Position numbers and translations under genes: made by a program. Below the pieces are notes generated by a model. The model had not been told where the DNA came from, did not search any database, and saw nothing but the letters and a program-made list of their open reading frames with translations. 64,000 nt of DNA from the NCBI GenBank assembly GCA_016699425.1, contig CP064975.1, forward strand, positions 859,957-923,956, in the 5' to 3' direction. Position 1 is the stretch's first letter, and each line of letters starts with the position of its first letter. This document shows positions 1-10,707 of the stretch, piece by piece. This DNA is from Candidatus Moraniibacteriota bacterium. Lineage in GTDB: Bacteria; Patescibacteriota; Minisyncoccia; Moranbacterales; UBA1568.

Positions 1-812
<812 letters not shown>

Positions 813-1269
813 ATAGATGTATCGAGAACGGCTTAAAGCCGCCTCCATATGAGAACATCTCGCTCATATGATTTCACTCTGTTGTGATCATGCTTCCGTC
901 TTGCGACGTCGGTCATGATCGGAATAGAAGAGTTGTCAGTCTTTTTGAAGGACTGATGTCCGCTCTGCCTCCCCGCACGGAAAGACAGAACGGTTTAGGA
1001 CTAACCACAGAAAACTGTGATCTCTGTAGTTAGACTGACTCATAAAACCTAGTTTTTAAGGAAAACAAAAGAGGACGAAATTCCTCTTATTGCCTAACCA
1101 GTATACGCACGCATTTTCGGCTTGTCAAGGACCCGTTTTCCCCTGGATTTCTGGTGCGATACACCCTGCTTTCCAGCATTGACGGGAACGTTTTTATATG
1201 ATATACTCTCGACATCCTGAATTTCAGGTCAATTGTTTGTTTCGTCCCTTTCCACATCAGGAGATCGTC

Positions 1270-1638
1270 ATGAACGTTCAATCGTTTCCCTCCGCTGTCC
1301 GCAGTTTCGGCATCGGCGCCTTTGAAGTCATGTGTGCTGCGTGTCGTGGCTTGGCCCGTGCCCTCGCCTATGCCGCATACGCAACTTCACCCTACGAATT
1401 TCCCCGTAACGAGCGTGCTCTGGATTACCTCCGGCTCTGCTCCGCAGTTGAACACCTCAGTCGCGAGACCCCAGTTCTCGAGAATATCTTCGGCGAGTCG
1501 TACATCGACCGCGTGAACCGAGCCGATGCAGCCATGCTCACCGAAGTACTCGAGGAATTCGGTCTCACTATGACCGACGTCACGGCCTGGCGCGCGCTGT
1601 ACCCGAGCGAGCCGACGACAACCGCTGCCACCTCCTGA
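1270..1638 (+). CDS. hypothetical protein (123 aa from internal ATG with AGGAG RBS)
   Basis: ORF 1198..1638; ATG at 1270 preceded by caggagatcgtc; TTGACG-17-TATACT promoter-like motif ~1170-1205. Confidence 0.5.
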   Translation: MNVQSFPSAVRSFGIGAFEVMCAACRGLARALAYAAYATSPYEFPRNERALDYLRLCSAVEHLSRETPVLENIFGESYIDRVNRADAAMLTEVLEEFGLTMTDVTAWRALYPSEPTTTAATS

Positions 1639-1711
1639 ACTGGGTCACTGACCCGACTCACACGCGCATCATCCACTCCTGGACGGTGCGCGCTTTCTTT
1701 GTCGTCAACAT

Positions 1712-2209
1712 CTAGCGAAGCCGCGTATTGATGAGGAAGAGAGCGAGTATCGGCACCACCAGCCAGAAAAGGAGCGCCCACGGTGAGGCAATATAGAAAT
1801 ACAGGTCCGGTGTCACCCACGAGAGAGCGAGCGACTTCGGGAGGAACGAAAAGATACTCGAAAGCACCGATCCAGTCACGAGAAACGATGTCACGAAGAA
1901 ACGCCAGAAGATATCAGTGCCAGCGCTCGTGATATGAATATCGAAAAGCCGATCATCAAACATAGTGAGTGCAATCAGAAGTGCGATGAAAACTCCGGCC
2001 TTGGCATACACCGAAACGATGAACCAACTGTCCGGCATGACACCGACGAGCGCGACGGCGATGTAGACATTGATGAGGATATTCACCAATTTCCAGCGAC
2101 CAAAGATGAAGCCCACGAGAAGCGAGACGCCCACGAAAAGCAAGATCAAGGAAAGATCCCCGGCGATATTTTTCGGTAGTGCGAGCAGACTGGCCAGACG
2201 ATCAAGCAT
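1712..2209 (-). CDS. small polytopic membrane protein, possibly CvpA-like
   Basis: 165 aa, four hydrophobic segments; weak family guess. Confidence 0.45.
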   Translation of the reverse strand: MLDRLASLLALPKNIAGDLSLILLFVGVSLLVGFIFGRWKLVNILINVYIAVALVGVMPDSWFIVSVYAKAGVFIALLIALTMFDDRLFDIHITSAGTDIFWRFFVTSFLVTGSVLSSIFSFLPKSLALSWVTPDLYFYIASPWALLFWLVVPILALFLINTRLR

Positions 2210-2324
2210 ACGGAGTAGCAGAATAGTGGCTCCAGTTTAGCACCGGACATCACGCGAGGCAAAACGTGAGAAATGGAATTTTACCCTTTACCAAGCCTCT
2301 TTTCCGTGTTATGGTAGTTTCATC

Positions 2325-3782
2325 ATGGGCCTTTCACGCTTTCGCAGTTTCATCTTTTGGGTCTTCACACTGTCTTTCTTTGCGACGGCTGGATTCATCA
2401 TCTTCTATGCCTTCGGCTACCGCTACAGCCAAGAGCGCGGTATTTTCGTTTATTCCGGATCGATTACTGTCAGTGTACTCCCTCAGTCCGTTGACATCGC
2501 GATCGACAACGAACCACTCTCGCCAAAGCGCTATGGCATCTTGAACGAAACCATTCACATCACCGGTCTGATGCCGGGTGAACACCTCCTCACCGTTTCT
2601 GCTCCTGGATACCGTCCCTGGTCGAAAAAGGTGACTATCCAAAGTGGTGTCTCCAGCGAATTCTGGAATATCATCCTGACTCGCACAGATTATCCCGGCG
2701 TACCGCTCCCCAATACGGCGGGTACTACCCGCATCTACCCCCATCCAGATTCTGATCTCTTGGCCCTCGCCAAGGAGCGAGCAGACGAAGCGAGTGTTGT
2801 CGTCTACGACCGCACCGCACAATCGGGACGGGAAGTCTTTGCCCGAAACGGGACGACCTTCGATTTTGATACTTCAGAGAACTTTGAATGGTCCCCGAAC
2901 GGGAAGAAAATCCTCTTGCCGCTCGTCGAAAACGGAGTTCGGACTTACTACATCGTCAACATCGCTGACGGAGCGGTCGAAAAACTCTCGGATATCGTGC
3001 CGGGACTGACGCCCTCGAGCGCCCGCTGGAACGCAACCGGCAACGAAGAGCTGATATTCCTGGCGGCTGGCGCGCTCTACCGTTTTGATACAGTCGACAC
3101 TCGCACACCGCTCCTCCTCACGACCGACGTCCAGGCATTCGAGATAACCGACAATTATATTTACACTGCCGCAAGCGGGAGTGGTACGGTCTCGCGCTTT
3201 CGAAACAGTGGGAGCGGTGAGAACCAGACCGAGATCACCCCGCCCGTCGGAGAAGATCTCGGAATCAATGCCTATGTCCTCGATGTCTACGATGAAGAAC
3301 GCATGGCCCTCCTCGAGCGAGCCGGACAGAAACGACTCTTCATCTACAACCAAACACCCGAGAAAAAATACGGCTTCCAGGAGATCGCGACCGGTGTCGA
3401 GCGTTTCCAATTCTCCAATGATGGGAAGAAACTTCTTTTTGCCAGTACGAATGAAATCGGTGTCTACTTCACCAGGATTTGGGACGTCCAGCCTCGCCGG
3501 ATGGAAAACGATACCGCCCAAATCGCCCGATTTTCTGACCCCATCACCAATGTCACCTGGAGCGAGGACTATGAGCACATCCTCTTCACTCGCGGTCAGA
3601 CATTGAAAATCATCGAGCTCGATGGCCGGAGCGGCCGGGCGATCAATGACATCAAGTCATTTGCCACGGCCCCCAGTCAAATCCTTCCCCTCTTCTCCGA
3701 AAACCAGCTCTTCATCGCTACTCCAGGTACAGATATCGACTCCATCGTTTTCCCCGAACCCCAAGGCCTCTTCGGACAATAG
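2325..3782 (+). CDS. membrane-anchored PEGA-domain / beta-propeller (TolB-like) repeat protein
   Basis: N-terminal TM, PEGA-like segment (SITVSVLPQSVDIAIDNEPL), then repeated propeller-like blades. Confidence 0.6.
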   Translation: MGLSRFRSFIFWVFTLSFFATAGFIIFYAFGYRYSQERGIFVYSGSITVSVLPQSVDIAIDNEPLSPKRYGILNETIHITGLMPGEHLLTVSAPGYRPWSKKVTIQSGVSSEFWNIILTRTDYPGVPLPNTAGTTRIYPHPDSDLLALAKERADEASVVVYDRTAQSGREVFARNGTTFDFDTSENFEWSPNGKKILLPLVENGVRTYYIVNIADGAVEKLSDIVPGLTPSSARWNATGNEELIFLAAGALYRFDTVDTRTPLLLTTDVQAFEITDNYIYTAASGSGTVSRFRNSGSGENQTEITPPVGEDLGINAYVLDVYDEERMALLERAGQKRLFIYNQTPEKKYGFQEIATGVERFQFSNDGKKLLFASTNEIGVYFTRIWDVQPRRMENDTAQIARFSDPITNVTWSEDYEHILFTRGQTLKIIELDGRSGRAINDIKSFATAPSQILPLFSENQLFIATPGTDIDSIVFPEPQGLFGQ

Positions 3783-3857
3783 CTACTCACCTTCGACCAT
3801 CGACGAGTTTGTCGACCGGCGCGTCGCCTGAATCCCGCGTCATCGACGCGCATTTCT

Positions 3858-3892
3858 GACGCATCCCCCCCCCCCGGATGCGTCTTTCTTTT
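3858..3892. terminator. Rho-independent terminator with 11-C homopolymer loop, between convergent genes
   Basis: gacgcatcc-C11-ggatgcgtc followed by tttctttt. Confidence 0.6.
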
Positions 3893-3961
3893 AGATAAAA
3901 TAAGTGGGCTCTGCTACTTGCGTAGACAGAGCCCCTACTTCATGCGGCATTGCCGAGAAGC

Positions 3962-5455
3962 TTACCGGATATACCGGAGGCGCGGATGATCCATGACGAA
4001 AGTGATGGCTTCGTCGTTCGCGCTGATCACATAGACGGTTGCTGGGATGCCCAGTTCGGTGCCCAGATCGACAGAACCGTAGTACGTATTGGCCTCGTAT
4101 CCATGAATCAATGTGTAAGAGCTTCGATTCTTTTCGACGTAGGCCTTCTCCAGGGTGGTTGCGAGAACAATGCGCGCACCCACTCCACCACCACGCTGGA
4201 GACCCAGATAGACCAGTGGTTGGCCACCGGGAAGCGAAATGAGCTCACTCTTCTTGATGGTGTGACGTGGTTCCCCGTTGAAGTTTTGAACAAAAGCCTG
4301 GTACTTGGCCAGATCTTCCGCCCGCTCCTCCTGGCTGAGATTCCAGAAGAAGCCGATGATGCCAACCAGCACAATGCTACCCGCGCTGATCGCCATGACA
4401 GTGCGCCACCAGTGCTTGCGCCGCATCTCCCTGTAGTTCTTCTGGAGACGTGACCACGACCCGCCATCGGCCCTGAGATCATCGTCACTCCAACCGACGA
4501 GCGCGTAGGTGCCAAGCGCAACTACGGGCGAGCCCTTCATCACGTTGAGCACCTTCACCTCGACTCCTTCCTTCGCACTGGCCGTCCGCCGAATGATCTT
4601 CTCGAGCGTAATGGTGCCAGAGACGATCTGCATATGCGGCCGTAGCCACGCCGGCAGAGAATCGATGAAGCTCCTGACCCGGATCGGAAGCGGCTGTTCG
4701 AAGTCGACGATGTCCTGACGCTTGGCCCGAACGATGTGGTGCTCATGAAGCTCCAAATCGTGCACTTCAGCGTAACGCCGACGCTCGAGCGTTGTGTAGG
4801 TCGTCCGTTGGCCGAACGGTACTTCAGGATCGTCGGTTACTTCGATGTCGACTTGCTGTTCCTTCAGTTGCGTACGGTGCGTGAGGCTGTGGCGATAGTA
4901 GTAGTACCGTCCCGTTGCCGGACCGGCTGTTTCCACTTGGCCGACAAACTCGAAACCGACGAGGGTATCGAACCAGAGGCACATACGACCAAGGAGCAGG
5001 TTGACGCCATTCCGATAGCCGCTCTGGAGAGTGGCTAAGACTTGCATCGGTTCTTCGGCCGCGACCTCAGCAGGCAGGTCGAGCATGTTCACCTGTCCGA
5101 AAGACGGGATGCTCGCCCGGAGCTTCTCCCACTCCTTTTCCGGATTCAGCTCGTTTTCGGCTTTCCGGATTGAGGAGAAGCGGACAGCGTTTTCGACGCA
5201 CTTCACGATGTCCGCAAGGCGACGCTGCAGGAAACGGAGATCTTGTTCGTAGGCAACGAAGACCGGCTCGTGTTCCGCGACTGACTGGAGGTCGAGGAGC
5301 TTGGAAGCTCTGAGCATTTCGTCGGCGATCGCATCGCAGAAACTCGGGAGTGGCTGTTCGGAACGTTCGTCCCAAGCCATGGGTTCGCCATAGCTCCGAT
5401 CGCCGAGGCGACGAACCAGAGCCATTTGGGAGGGAAGCTTCAGAGTGGTTTGCAT
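3962..5455 (-). CDS. hypothetical protein with one central TM helix
   Basis: 497 aa ORF, own promoter, no recognisable motifs. Confidence 0.55.
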   Translation of the reverse strand: MQTTLKLPSQMALVRRLGDRSYGEPMAWDERSEQPLPSFCDAIADEMLRASKLLDLQSVAEHEPVFVAYEQDLRFLQRRLADIVKCVENAVRFSSIRKAENELNPEKEWEKLRASIPSFGQVNMLDLPAEVAAEEPMQVLATLQSGYRNGVNLLLGRMCLWFDTLVGFEFVGQVETAGPATGRYYYYRHSLTHRTQLKEQQVDIEVTDDPEVPFGQRTTYTTLERRRYAEVHDLELHEHHIVRAKRQDIVDFEQPLPIRVRSFIDSLPAWLRPHMQIVSGTITLEKIIRRTASAKEGVEVKVLNVMKGSPVVALGTYALVGWSDDDLRADGGSWSRLQKNYREMRRKHWWRTVMAISAGSIVLVGIIGFFWNLSQEERAEDLAKYQAFVQNFNGEPRHTIKKSELISLPGGQPLVYLGLQRGGGVGARIVLATTLEKAYVEKNRSSYTLIHGYEANTYYGSVDLGTELGIPATVYVISANDEAITFVMDHPRLRYIR

Positions 5456-5547
5456 GACATGCCCTTTCGTGGGGATAGTGATAGAAAAGAACCTATGTTC
5501 CGCTTAGCCGAAGGAAGGACCCTTCTTTGCCTTTGCATGAACACCAA

Positions 5548-5577
5548 AATATACCAATATTGATCGACCTCTGTCAA
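5548..5577 (-). promoter_or_regulatory. sigma70-like promoter (TTGACA-18-TATATT) for the 497-aa gene
   Basis: minus-strand ttgacagaggtcgatcaatattggtatatt immediately downstream of the rpsI terminator. Confidence 0.4.
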
Positions 5578-5600
5578 TACAAAACCCCGGTTTCCCGGGG
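5578..5600 (-). terminator. Rho-independent terminator after rpsI
   Basis: ccccggtttcccgggg hairpin followed by T-run on minus strand. Confidence 0.55.
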
Positions 5601-5620
5601 CGGAGTATTCAAGGAGAGAA

Positions 5621-6094
5621 CTAGCGCTTCGCCCACTGTGGTGCACGACGGGCTTTCTTCAGCCCTGGCTTCTTGCGCTCGACAGCGCGGGGGTCACGTG
5701 TGAGAAGCTTTTCGGCTTTGAGGGCAGGACGAACGAGCGCATCGTGCTCCACCAAGGCGCGGGCGATACCGAGCTTCACAGCATCCGCCTGGCCCGAGAG
5801 TCCGCCGCCCGACACAAGGACCGAGATCTTCGCTGCCTCGGACTTGCCGACGACTTTCAACGGTGCGACGACCGCCTCACGTTGTTCAAATGTATTGAAA
5901 TACTCAATATATGGCCGATTGTTCACAATGATTTCAAGCGTCTCAGACTTTGCCCCGGCATAGTAGCGAACCTGAGCGACGGCGGTCTTGCGTCGACCGA
6001 CGGCGTACACATACCGCCCAGCCACAGGAGCAGCCTTCACAGAAGTCTCCTTCATTACTTCTTTCACAGTCGTTTTCTTGGTCGCAGTCGCCAT
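5621..6094 (-). CDS. rpsI: 30S ribosomal protein S9
   Basis: GGGLSGQADAVKLGIARAL ... RKKPGLKKARRAPQWAKR C-terminus. Confidence 0.95.
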   Translation of the reverse strand: MATATKKTTVKEVMKETSVKAAPVAGRYVYAVGRRKTAVAQVRYYAGAKSETLEIIVNNRPYIEYFNTFEQREAVVAPLKVVGKSEAAKISVLVSGGGLSGQADAVKLGIARALVEHDALVRPALKAEKLLTRDPRAVERKKPGLKKARRAPQWAKR

Positions 6095-6102
6095 AGAGGT
6101 CT

Positions 6103-6537
6103 TTAAATTGAATGGTTCACGTCGATCTTCCGGTTGCCGTATTCGGCGTCTTTGAAGAGGCGCAACCGAGTGAGCATCTTGGCCCGGAGCGAATTTTTCG
6201 GCAGCATGCCATAGACTGCCTGCCAGATGAGTTTGGTGGAATCCTTTTCACGCTGATCCTTGAATGAAATCGACGTGATACCGCCCGGATAGCCCGAGAA
6301 GCGGTGGTACATCTTGTCATGGCGCTTGTTGCCCGTCACCTCGATACCATCCGTATTGGTGACGATGACAATATCCCCCGCATCGATATGCGGCGCATAA
6401 TCCGTCCGTCCCTTACCAGAAAGTACCTTGGCGATCGTCGTCGCCAAGCGGCCGAGGACCTGCCCCTGTGCATCGAAGAGGTGCGTCGCCCGGACGATGC
6501 CCTTCCCTTCTTTCGTTGTCGTTACGATCTTTTTCAT
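6103..6537 (-). CDS. rplM: 50S ribosomal protein L13 (start at internal MKKIV)
   Basis: L13 family similarity (GRLATTIAKVLSGK ... VTGNKRHDKMYHRFSGYPGG); upstream part of ORF overlaps rplQ. Confidence 0.9.
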   Translation of the reverse strand: MKKIVTTTKEGKGIVRATHLFDAQGQVLGRLATTIAKVLSGKGRTDYAPHIDAGDIVIVTNTDGIEVTGNKRHDKMYHRFSGYPGGITSISFKDQREKDSTKLIWQAVYGMLPKNSLRAKMLTRLRLFKDAEYGNRKIDVNHSI

Positions 6538-6544
6538 ACGGCTC

Positions 6545-6910
6545 TTAGACGAATTCAATAACAGCCATCTCTGCTCCGTCACCCTGGCGACGTTCGAGTT
6601 TGGTAATCCGAGTATAGCCACTCTTCCGGCTCTCGAAACGCTTCACGAAATCACTCGAGATCTTCTTGGTGGCTTCGAGGGAAAGTTTCTGACGCAACAG
6701 TCGCAGTTCGGCTTGACGGCGATCTTTGTCCACCTCCGCCCGTTTGCCTTTGTTGACCAGCTGATCGATATGGTCCTTCATCTCGCGCGCTTTAGCCAAG
6801 GTCGTCGTGATCTTCTCACGCATAATGAGACTTCCCAGGAGCGTCTTCAGGAGCGCTCTCCGGGCGTTTACACCACGACTCAAAATTCGACCTTTTCTCC
6901 GATGCTGCAT
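6545..6910 (-). CDS. rplQ: 50S ribosomal protein L17
   Basis: MQHRRKGRILSRGVNARRALLKTL ... GYTRITKLERRQGDGAEMAVIEFV. Confidence 0.93.
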   Translation of the reverse strand: MQHRRKGRILSRGVNARRALLKTLLGSLIMREKITTTLAKAREMKDHIDQLVNKGKRAEVDKDRRQAELRLLRQKLSLEATKKISSDFVKRFESRKSGYTRITKLERRQGDGAEMAVIEFV

Positions 6911-6933
6911 ATCCTTGAGCTAACGTATCAAGA

Positions 6934-7722
6934 TTATTCCGTCTCTACTGCTTCCGCCTCTACTGCTGTCTTCTTAGCTTTCTTGGGAGCTTTCTTTTCT
7001 GCTTTTTCTTCTGTTTCAGGTGTGGATTCGGCCTGAGCTCCCGCAACCGAGAGGACCGAGAACTGCGCGACGAGGATAGCCACGGCCTGATTGAAGGCTT
7101 CGACCGGAGAAATCGTCCCGTCGGTCACAATTTCGAGAGTAATCTTGTCATAGTCCGTCCGCTTTCCCACCCGCATGTTCTCGACTTCATAGTTTACGCG
7201 CTTGATTGGCGTATAGATAGCGTCTATGGCGATTTCACCAATCTCGCGCTCTTCTTCCTCGCGCGCCTCGACTGGGATGTACCCGAGACCACGGTCGATC
7301 GTGATATCCATTTCGAATTCGGCTTTCTTGTCAGTCAGTGTCGCGATCACCTGATCCGGATTCACGACTTCGATCGAGCTCGGGCACTTGATGGCCGAGG
7401 CCGTGACGACGCCTTCACCCTTGGCCTTCACAGTGACGGTGACGGCTTCGTCCGCGTGCGAGCGGAAACGGACCTGCTTCATATTGAGGATGATCTGTAC
7501 GACGTCCTCCATCACACCGGGAATTGTCGAAAACTCATGAGAAACACCCTTGAGTTTCACCGAGCGAGCGGCCGCGCCAGGCAGAGAAGAGAGGAGGATG
7601 CGACGGAGTGCGTTCCCCAGAGTCGCACCGTAACCAGGGTAACAACCACCGATTTCGAGCTTGCCGTGGTTGGCCCCAAGTTCGGTGTAATTCGGTTGGT
7701 ACGGTGCAGTGATGTTTTGCAT
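6934..7722 (-). CDS. rpoA: DNA-directed RNA polymerase alpha subunit, N-terminal domain only; C-terminal domain replaced by a Lys/Glu-rich tail
   Basis: GNALRRILLSSLPG motif; 262 aa; ends with KAEKKAPKKAKKTAVEAEAVETE; no SANCLK-type alpha-CTD; 24 nt before rplQ. Confidence 0.9.
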   Translation of the reverse strand: MQNITAPYQPNYTELGANHGKLEIGGCYPGYGATLGNALRRILLSSLPGAAARSVKLKGVSHEFSTIPGVMEDVVQIILNMKQVRFRSHADEAVTVTVKAKGEGVVTASAIKCPSSIEVVNPDQVIATLTDKKAEFEMDITIDRGLGYIPVEAREEEEREIGEIAIDAIYTPIKRVNYEVENMRVGKRTDYDKITLEIVTDGTISPVEAFNQAVAILVAQFSVLSVAGAQAESTPETEEKAEKKAPKKAKKTAVEAEAVETE

Positions 7723-7768
7723 ATATTATGTTGCGTCCGCCAGAGCGGAACAAAATTACCAGTTGAAA

Positions 7769-8401
7769 TTATTTCGAATAGTACTCGACGACCATCTGAG
7801 CATCGACGGAGATGCCGACGTCTCCACGGGATGGAAGCGCAAGCACCTTCCCCGTAAGCTTTTCGGCATCAAGCGCGAGCCAGTGTGGCACATCGTTCTT
7901 GTTCTTCAATACTTCCACTCGATTTTTCGTGATAATCTTATTCTCTTTGCTGGCCTTCAGGACGATTTCATCTCCGATCTTCACTTCGTACGATGGGATA
8001 TTCATCCGCTTGCCATTGACCGTAAAGAATTTGTGGCCGACGAGCTGGCGAGCCGCGATGCGTGACGGGGCAAAGCCAAGCCGATACACCGCATTGTCGA
8101 GCCGGCACTCCAGACGCTGGAGCAAGAGGTCGCCGGTCGCCCCCTGACGCAGCTTGCTCTCTTCGAAGTGATGGCGGAATTGCCGCTCCATGACCCCATA
8201 GAGTCGTTTGATCTTCTGCTTCATCGAGAGCTGGCGTCCAAATTCGCTGCGGCCACGAGACGGATTTTGACCGTGAACGCCCGGCGCATACGGACGACGC
8301 ACCATCGCACATTTCGGCGACAAACAACGATCCCCCTTCAAGAAGAGCTTTTCGCCAGCGCGGCGACAGAGTTTGCATTTGGAGTCAATGTTGTTGGCCA
8401 T
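7769..8401 (-). CDS. rpsD: 30S ribosomal protein S4
   Basis: CKLCRRAGEKLFLKGDRC zinc-ribbon N-terminus, S4 domain. Confidence 0.94.
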   Translation of the reverse strand: MANNIDSKCKLCRRAGEKLFLKGDRCLSPKCAMVRRPYAPGVHGQNPSRGRSEFGRQLSMKQKIKRLYGVMERQFRHHFEESKLRQGATGDLLLQRLECRLDNAVYRLGFAPSRIAARQLVGHKFFTVNGKRMNIPSYEVKIGDEIVLKASKENKIITKNRVEVLKNKNDVPHWLALDAEKLTGKVLALPSRGDVGISVDAQMVVEYYSK

Positions 8402-8518
8402 AATTCTAGCTTGTAGTCCTTGTAGTAAGTGGCTTTTTAGCTTGTAGCGGTGAGCCTGGTGCCTTTCTCGAGATTTCTCTCTAAAAGCTACAGGCTACCA
8501 GCTAAAAGCTGTCTGAGG

Positions 8519-8968
8519 TTAGATGCGACGCGGACGACGCGGACGACAGCCATTATGTGGAACCGGGGTGATGTCCTTGATCGAAGTGAGGTTGAAGCCA
8601 TTGTTGGCCAGCGCGCGAATTGACGCCTCGCGCCCTTGACCGACTCCCTTCACGAAGACTTCGAGGTCCTGGAGTCCGTACTTCTTCACCTTTTCGGAAA
8701 TTTCTGCGACGACCTGGGTCGCGGCATACGGCGTCGACTTCTTGGCGCCTTTGAAACCGAGGTGACCAGAACTCGACCAGGCGAGAACGGCCCCATTCAT
8801 GTCCGCCAGCGTCACAATCGTGTTGTTGTAGGTGCATTGGATGCTGGCACGGCCCTGTTGAACCAGCCGCTTCACCTTTTTGACACGCTTCTTCGCATCC
8901 GTCTCTGTCTCTTCGACAGCCGGCGCCTCTACTTTCACTTCTTCAGTTGTGAGCTCATCTGCCATAGG
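8519..8968 (-). CDS. rpsK: 30S ribosomal protein S11 (start at internal MADEL; acidic N-terminal extension)
   Basis: GRASIQCTYNNTIVTLAD ... GVGQGREASIRAL ... PHNGCRPRRPRR. Confidence 0.9.
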   Translation of the reverse strand, partial: PMADELTTEEVKVEAPAVEETETDAKKRVKKVKRLVQQGRASIQCTYNNTIVTLADMNGAVLAWSSSGHLGFKGAKKSTPYAATQVVAEISEKVKKYGLQDLEVFVKGVGQGREASIRALANNGFNLTSIKDITPVPHNGCRPRRPRRI

Positions 8969-8972
8969 TTCC

Positions 8973-9362
8973 TTATGTCTTGCTATCCGACTTCTTGCGA
9001 CCGCTGCCCATGGTCTTTCGTACGTTGCCCCGGACGGTCCGGGTATTGGTCTTGGTACGCTGACCACGGACCGGGAGTCCCTTGGCGTGACGGACACCGC
9101 GGTAGCTGCCGATTTCTTTCAGGCGTTTGATATTCATCTTCACCAAGTGACGGAGTTCGCCCTCGACACGGTGTGTCTTTTCGATGGTCTCGCGGAGACG
9201 GTTGGCGTCCTTTTCGGAGAGATCTTTGGTCCGGATATCCGCATCGATGTTGAGCGACCCGAGGATCTTCCGGCTCGTCGAACGGCCGATACCATAGATA
9301 TAGGTCAGTGCGATCTCGACGCGCTTGTTATCAGGCAGGTTGATGCTGGCAATACGGAGCAT
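8973..9362 (-). CDS. rpsM: 30S ribosomal protein S13
   Basis: [26 protein letters not shown] ... C-terminal basic tail. Confidence 0.94.
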   Translation of the reverse strand: MLRIASINLPDNKRVEIALTYIYGIGRSTSRKILGSLNIDADIRTKDLSEKDANRLRETIEKTHRVEGELRHLVKMNIKRLKEIGSYRGVRHAKGLPVRGQRTKTNTRTVRGNVRKTMGSGRKKSDSKT

Positions 9363-9368
9363 AGGCAG

Positions 9369-9482
9369 TTATCCTTGACGCTGTTTGTGCTTTGGAGTCT
9401 TGCAAATCACGTGCACGACGCGGTGACGACGCACGATTTTGCAATGGGCACAGATCTTTTTTACGGAGGCGCGGACTTTCAT
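9369..9482 (-). CDS. rpmJ: 50S ribosomal protein L36 (37 aa; below ORF-track cutoff)
   Basis: Manual translation [37 protein letters not shown]. Confidence 0.9.
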   Translation of the reverse strand: MKVRASVKKICAHCKIVRRHRVVHVICKTPKHKQRQG

Positions 9483-9504
9483 AGCATGGTTCAGACTTTC
9501 AAAC

Positions 9505-9729
9505 TCAAACCTTCAAACGTTGCACGATCCGCCCCTTGGTGAGATCGTAGGGGCTCATGTCGACGATAACCCGATCCCCTGGCAAGAGACGAATATAGTG
9601 GACCCGCATCTTGCCCGAGATGTGGGCGAGCACCTCATGCCCGTTATCGAGACGGACTTTGAAGGTAGTACTCGGGAGAGACTCGATGACTTCCCCCTCG
9701 AAACGGATGAGTTCTTTGTTATTTCCCAT
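9505..9729 (-). CDS. infA: translation initiation factor IF-1 (start at [10 protein letters not shown])
   Basis: S1-like fold signature [33 protein letters not shown]. Confidence 0.9.
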   Translation of the reverse strand: MGNNKELIRFEGEVIESLPSTTFKVRLDNGHEVLAHISGKMRVHYIRLLPGDRVIVDMSPYDLTKGRIVQRLKV

Positions 9730-9963
9730 ATCTTGCACCAGGGTCCGCGAGCAGGTAGTTTGCCAACACAAAAAGAGAGTGGTGTGTATAATTTCGTGCG
9801 TTCCTCAGTCCTGCATCGCATCAATATACCCTCTCTCACGGATTCCGTATGCACTTTTCAAATGTGCTCACAGTGTAATGGAAAGCCGAAATGTTGTCAA
9901 CAAGACCTGCAAAGCAGTCCGATGGATCCGGTATTTTCGAGCCTATTTCTCTTGGGCACCGGG

Positions 9964-10707
9964 TTATTTCCCGAACCGCCGTTCGCGCTCGGCGTACTCA
10001 GCGAGCGAGGCTTGGAAGGCTTCGGCGCCGAAATCTGGGAAGTAGAGCTCAGGGAAAGAGAGTTGCGAATCTTTGGTCTCCCACATCATGAAACCTGACG
10101 AAAGATGGGGGTCATCGCCAGTCCGGACGAGCAGATCGACCGACGGCAATTCGGCTGTCATGAGGTGTCGTTTGATCACCGACTCCGTCACCATACCAGG
10201 AGCGAGGCCTTCACCAGCGATTCGCTTCACCGCCTGGAGCATATCATCGTCTCCACTGTAGGCGAGGAAGAAGTTCAAACAATACTGGTCATACCCTTTA
10301 GTCGCTTCGATACCGCGTTTCAGGATGTCCTTCAGCTGATCAGGGAACTGCTCTTCCCATCGACCGATGCAGCGGATCCGAACCTGATCGGTGTGAAGAC
10401 TTTCTTCCGCCATGAGTTTCTCGAAATAGGTCGCATAGATACGGAGGAGTTCCTGCCGCTCTCGCATCGGACGCTTGGTGAGATTCTCCAGCGACGATCC
10501 CCAGAAGGAGATCTCCCGGACACCGATATCACGAGCGGTTCGGACGATCTCTTCGATCCGCTTTGCTCCTTCTTCATGGCCTTCCCAGCTCTCAAGTCCA
10601 TGCTCTTTCGCCCAGCGGCGATTGCCGTCCGGGATGATCGCCACATGATGCGGGAGAAATTTCGGGTCAAGCTCGGTCATAGAGAAGATTCTGACATCAA
10701 TATTCAC
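9964..10707 (-). CDS. uppS: undecaprenyl (isoprenyl) diphosphate synthase
   Basis: HVAIIPDGNRRWA catalytic motif; UPPS-like throughout. Confidence 0.88.
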   Translation of the reverse strand: MNIDVRIFSMTELDPKFLPHHVAIIPDGNRRWAKEHGLESWEGHEEGAKRIEEIVRTARDIGVREISFWGSSLENLTKRPMRERQELLRIYATYFEKLMAEESLHTDQVRIRCIGRWEEQFPDQLKDILKRGIEATKGYDQYCLNFFLAYSGDDDMLQAVKRIAGEGLAPGMVTESVIKRHLMTAELPSVDLLVRTGDDPHLSSGFMMWETKDSQLSFPELYFPDFGAEAFQASLAEYAERERRFGK

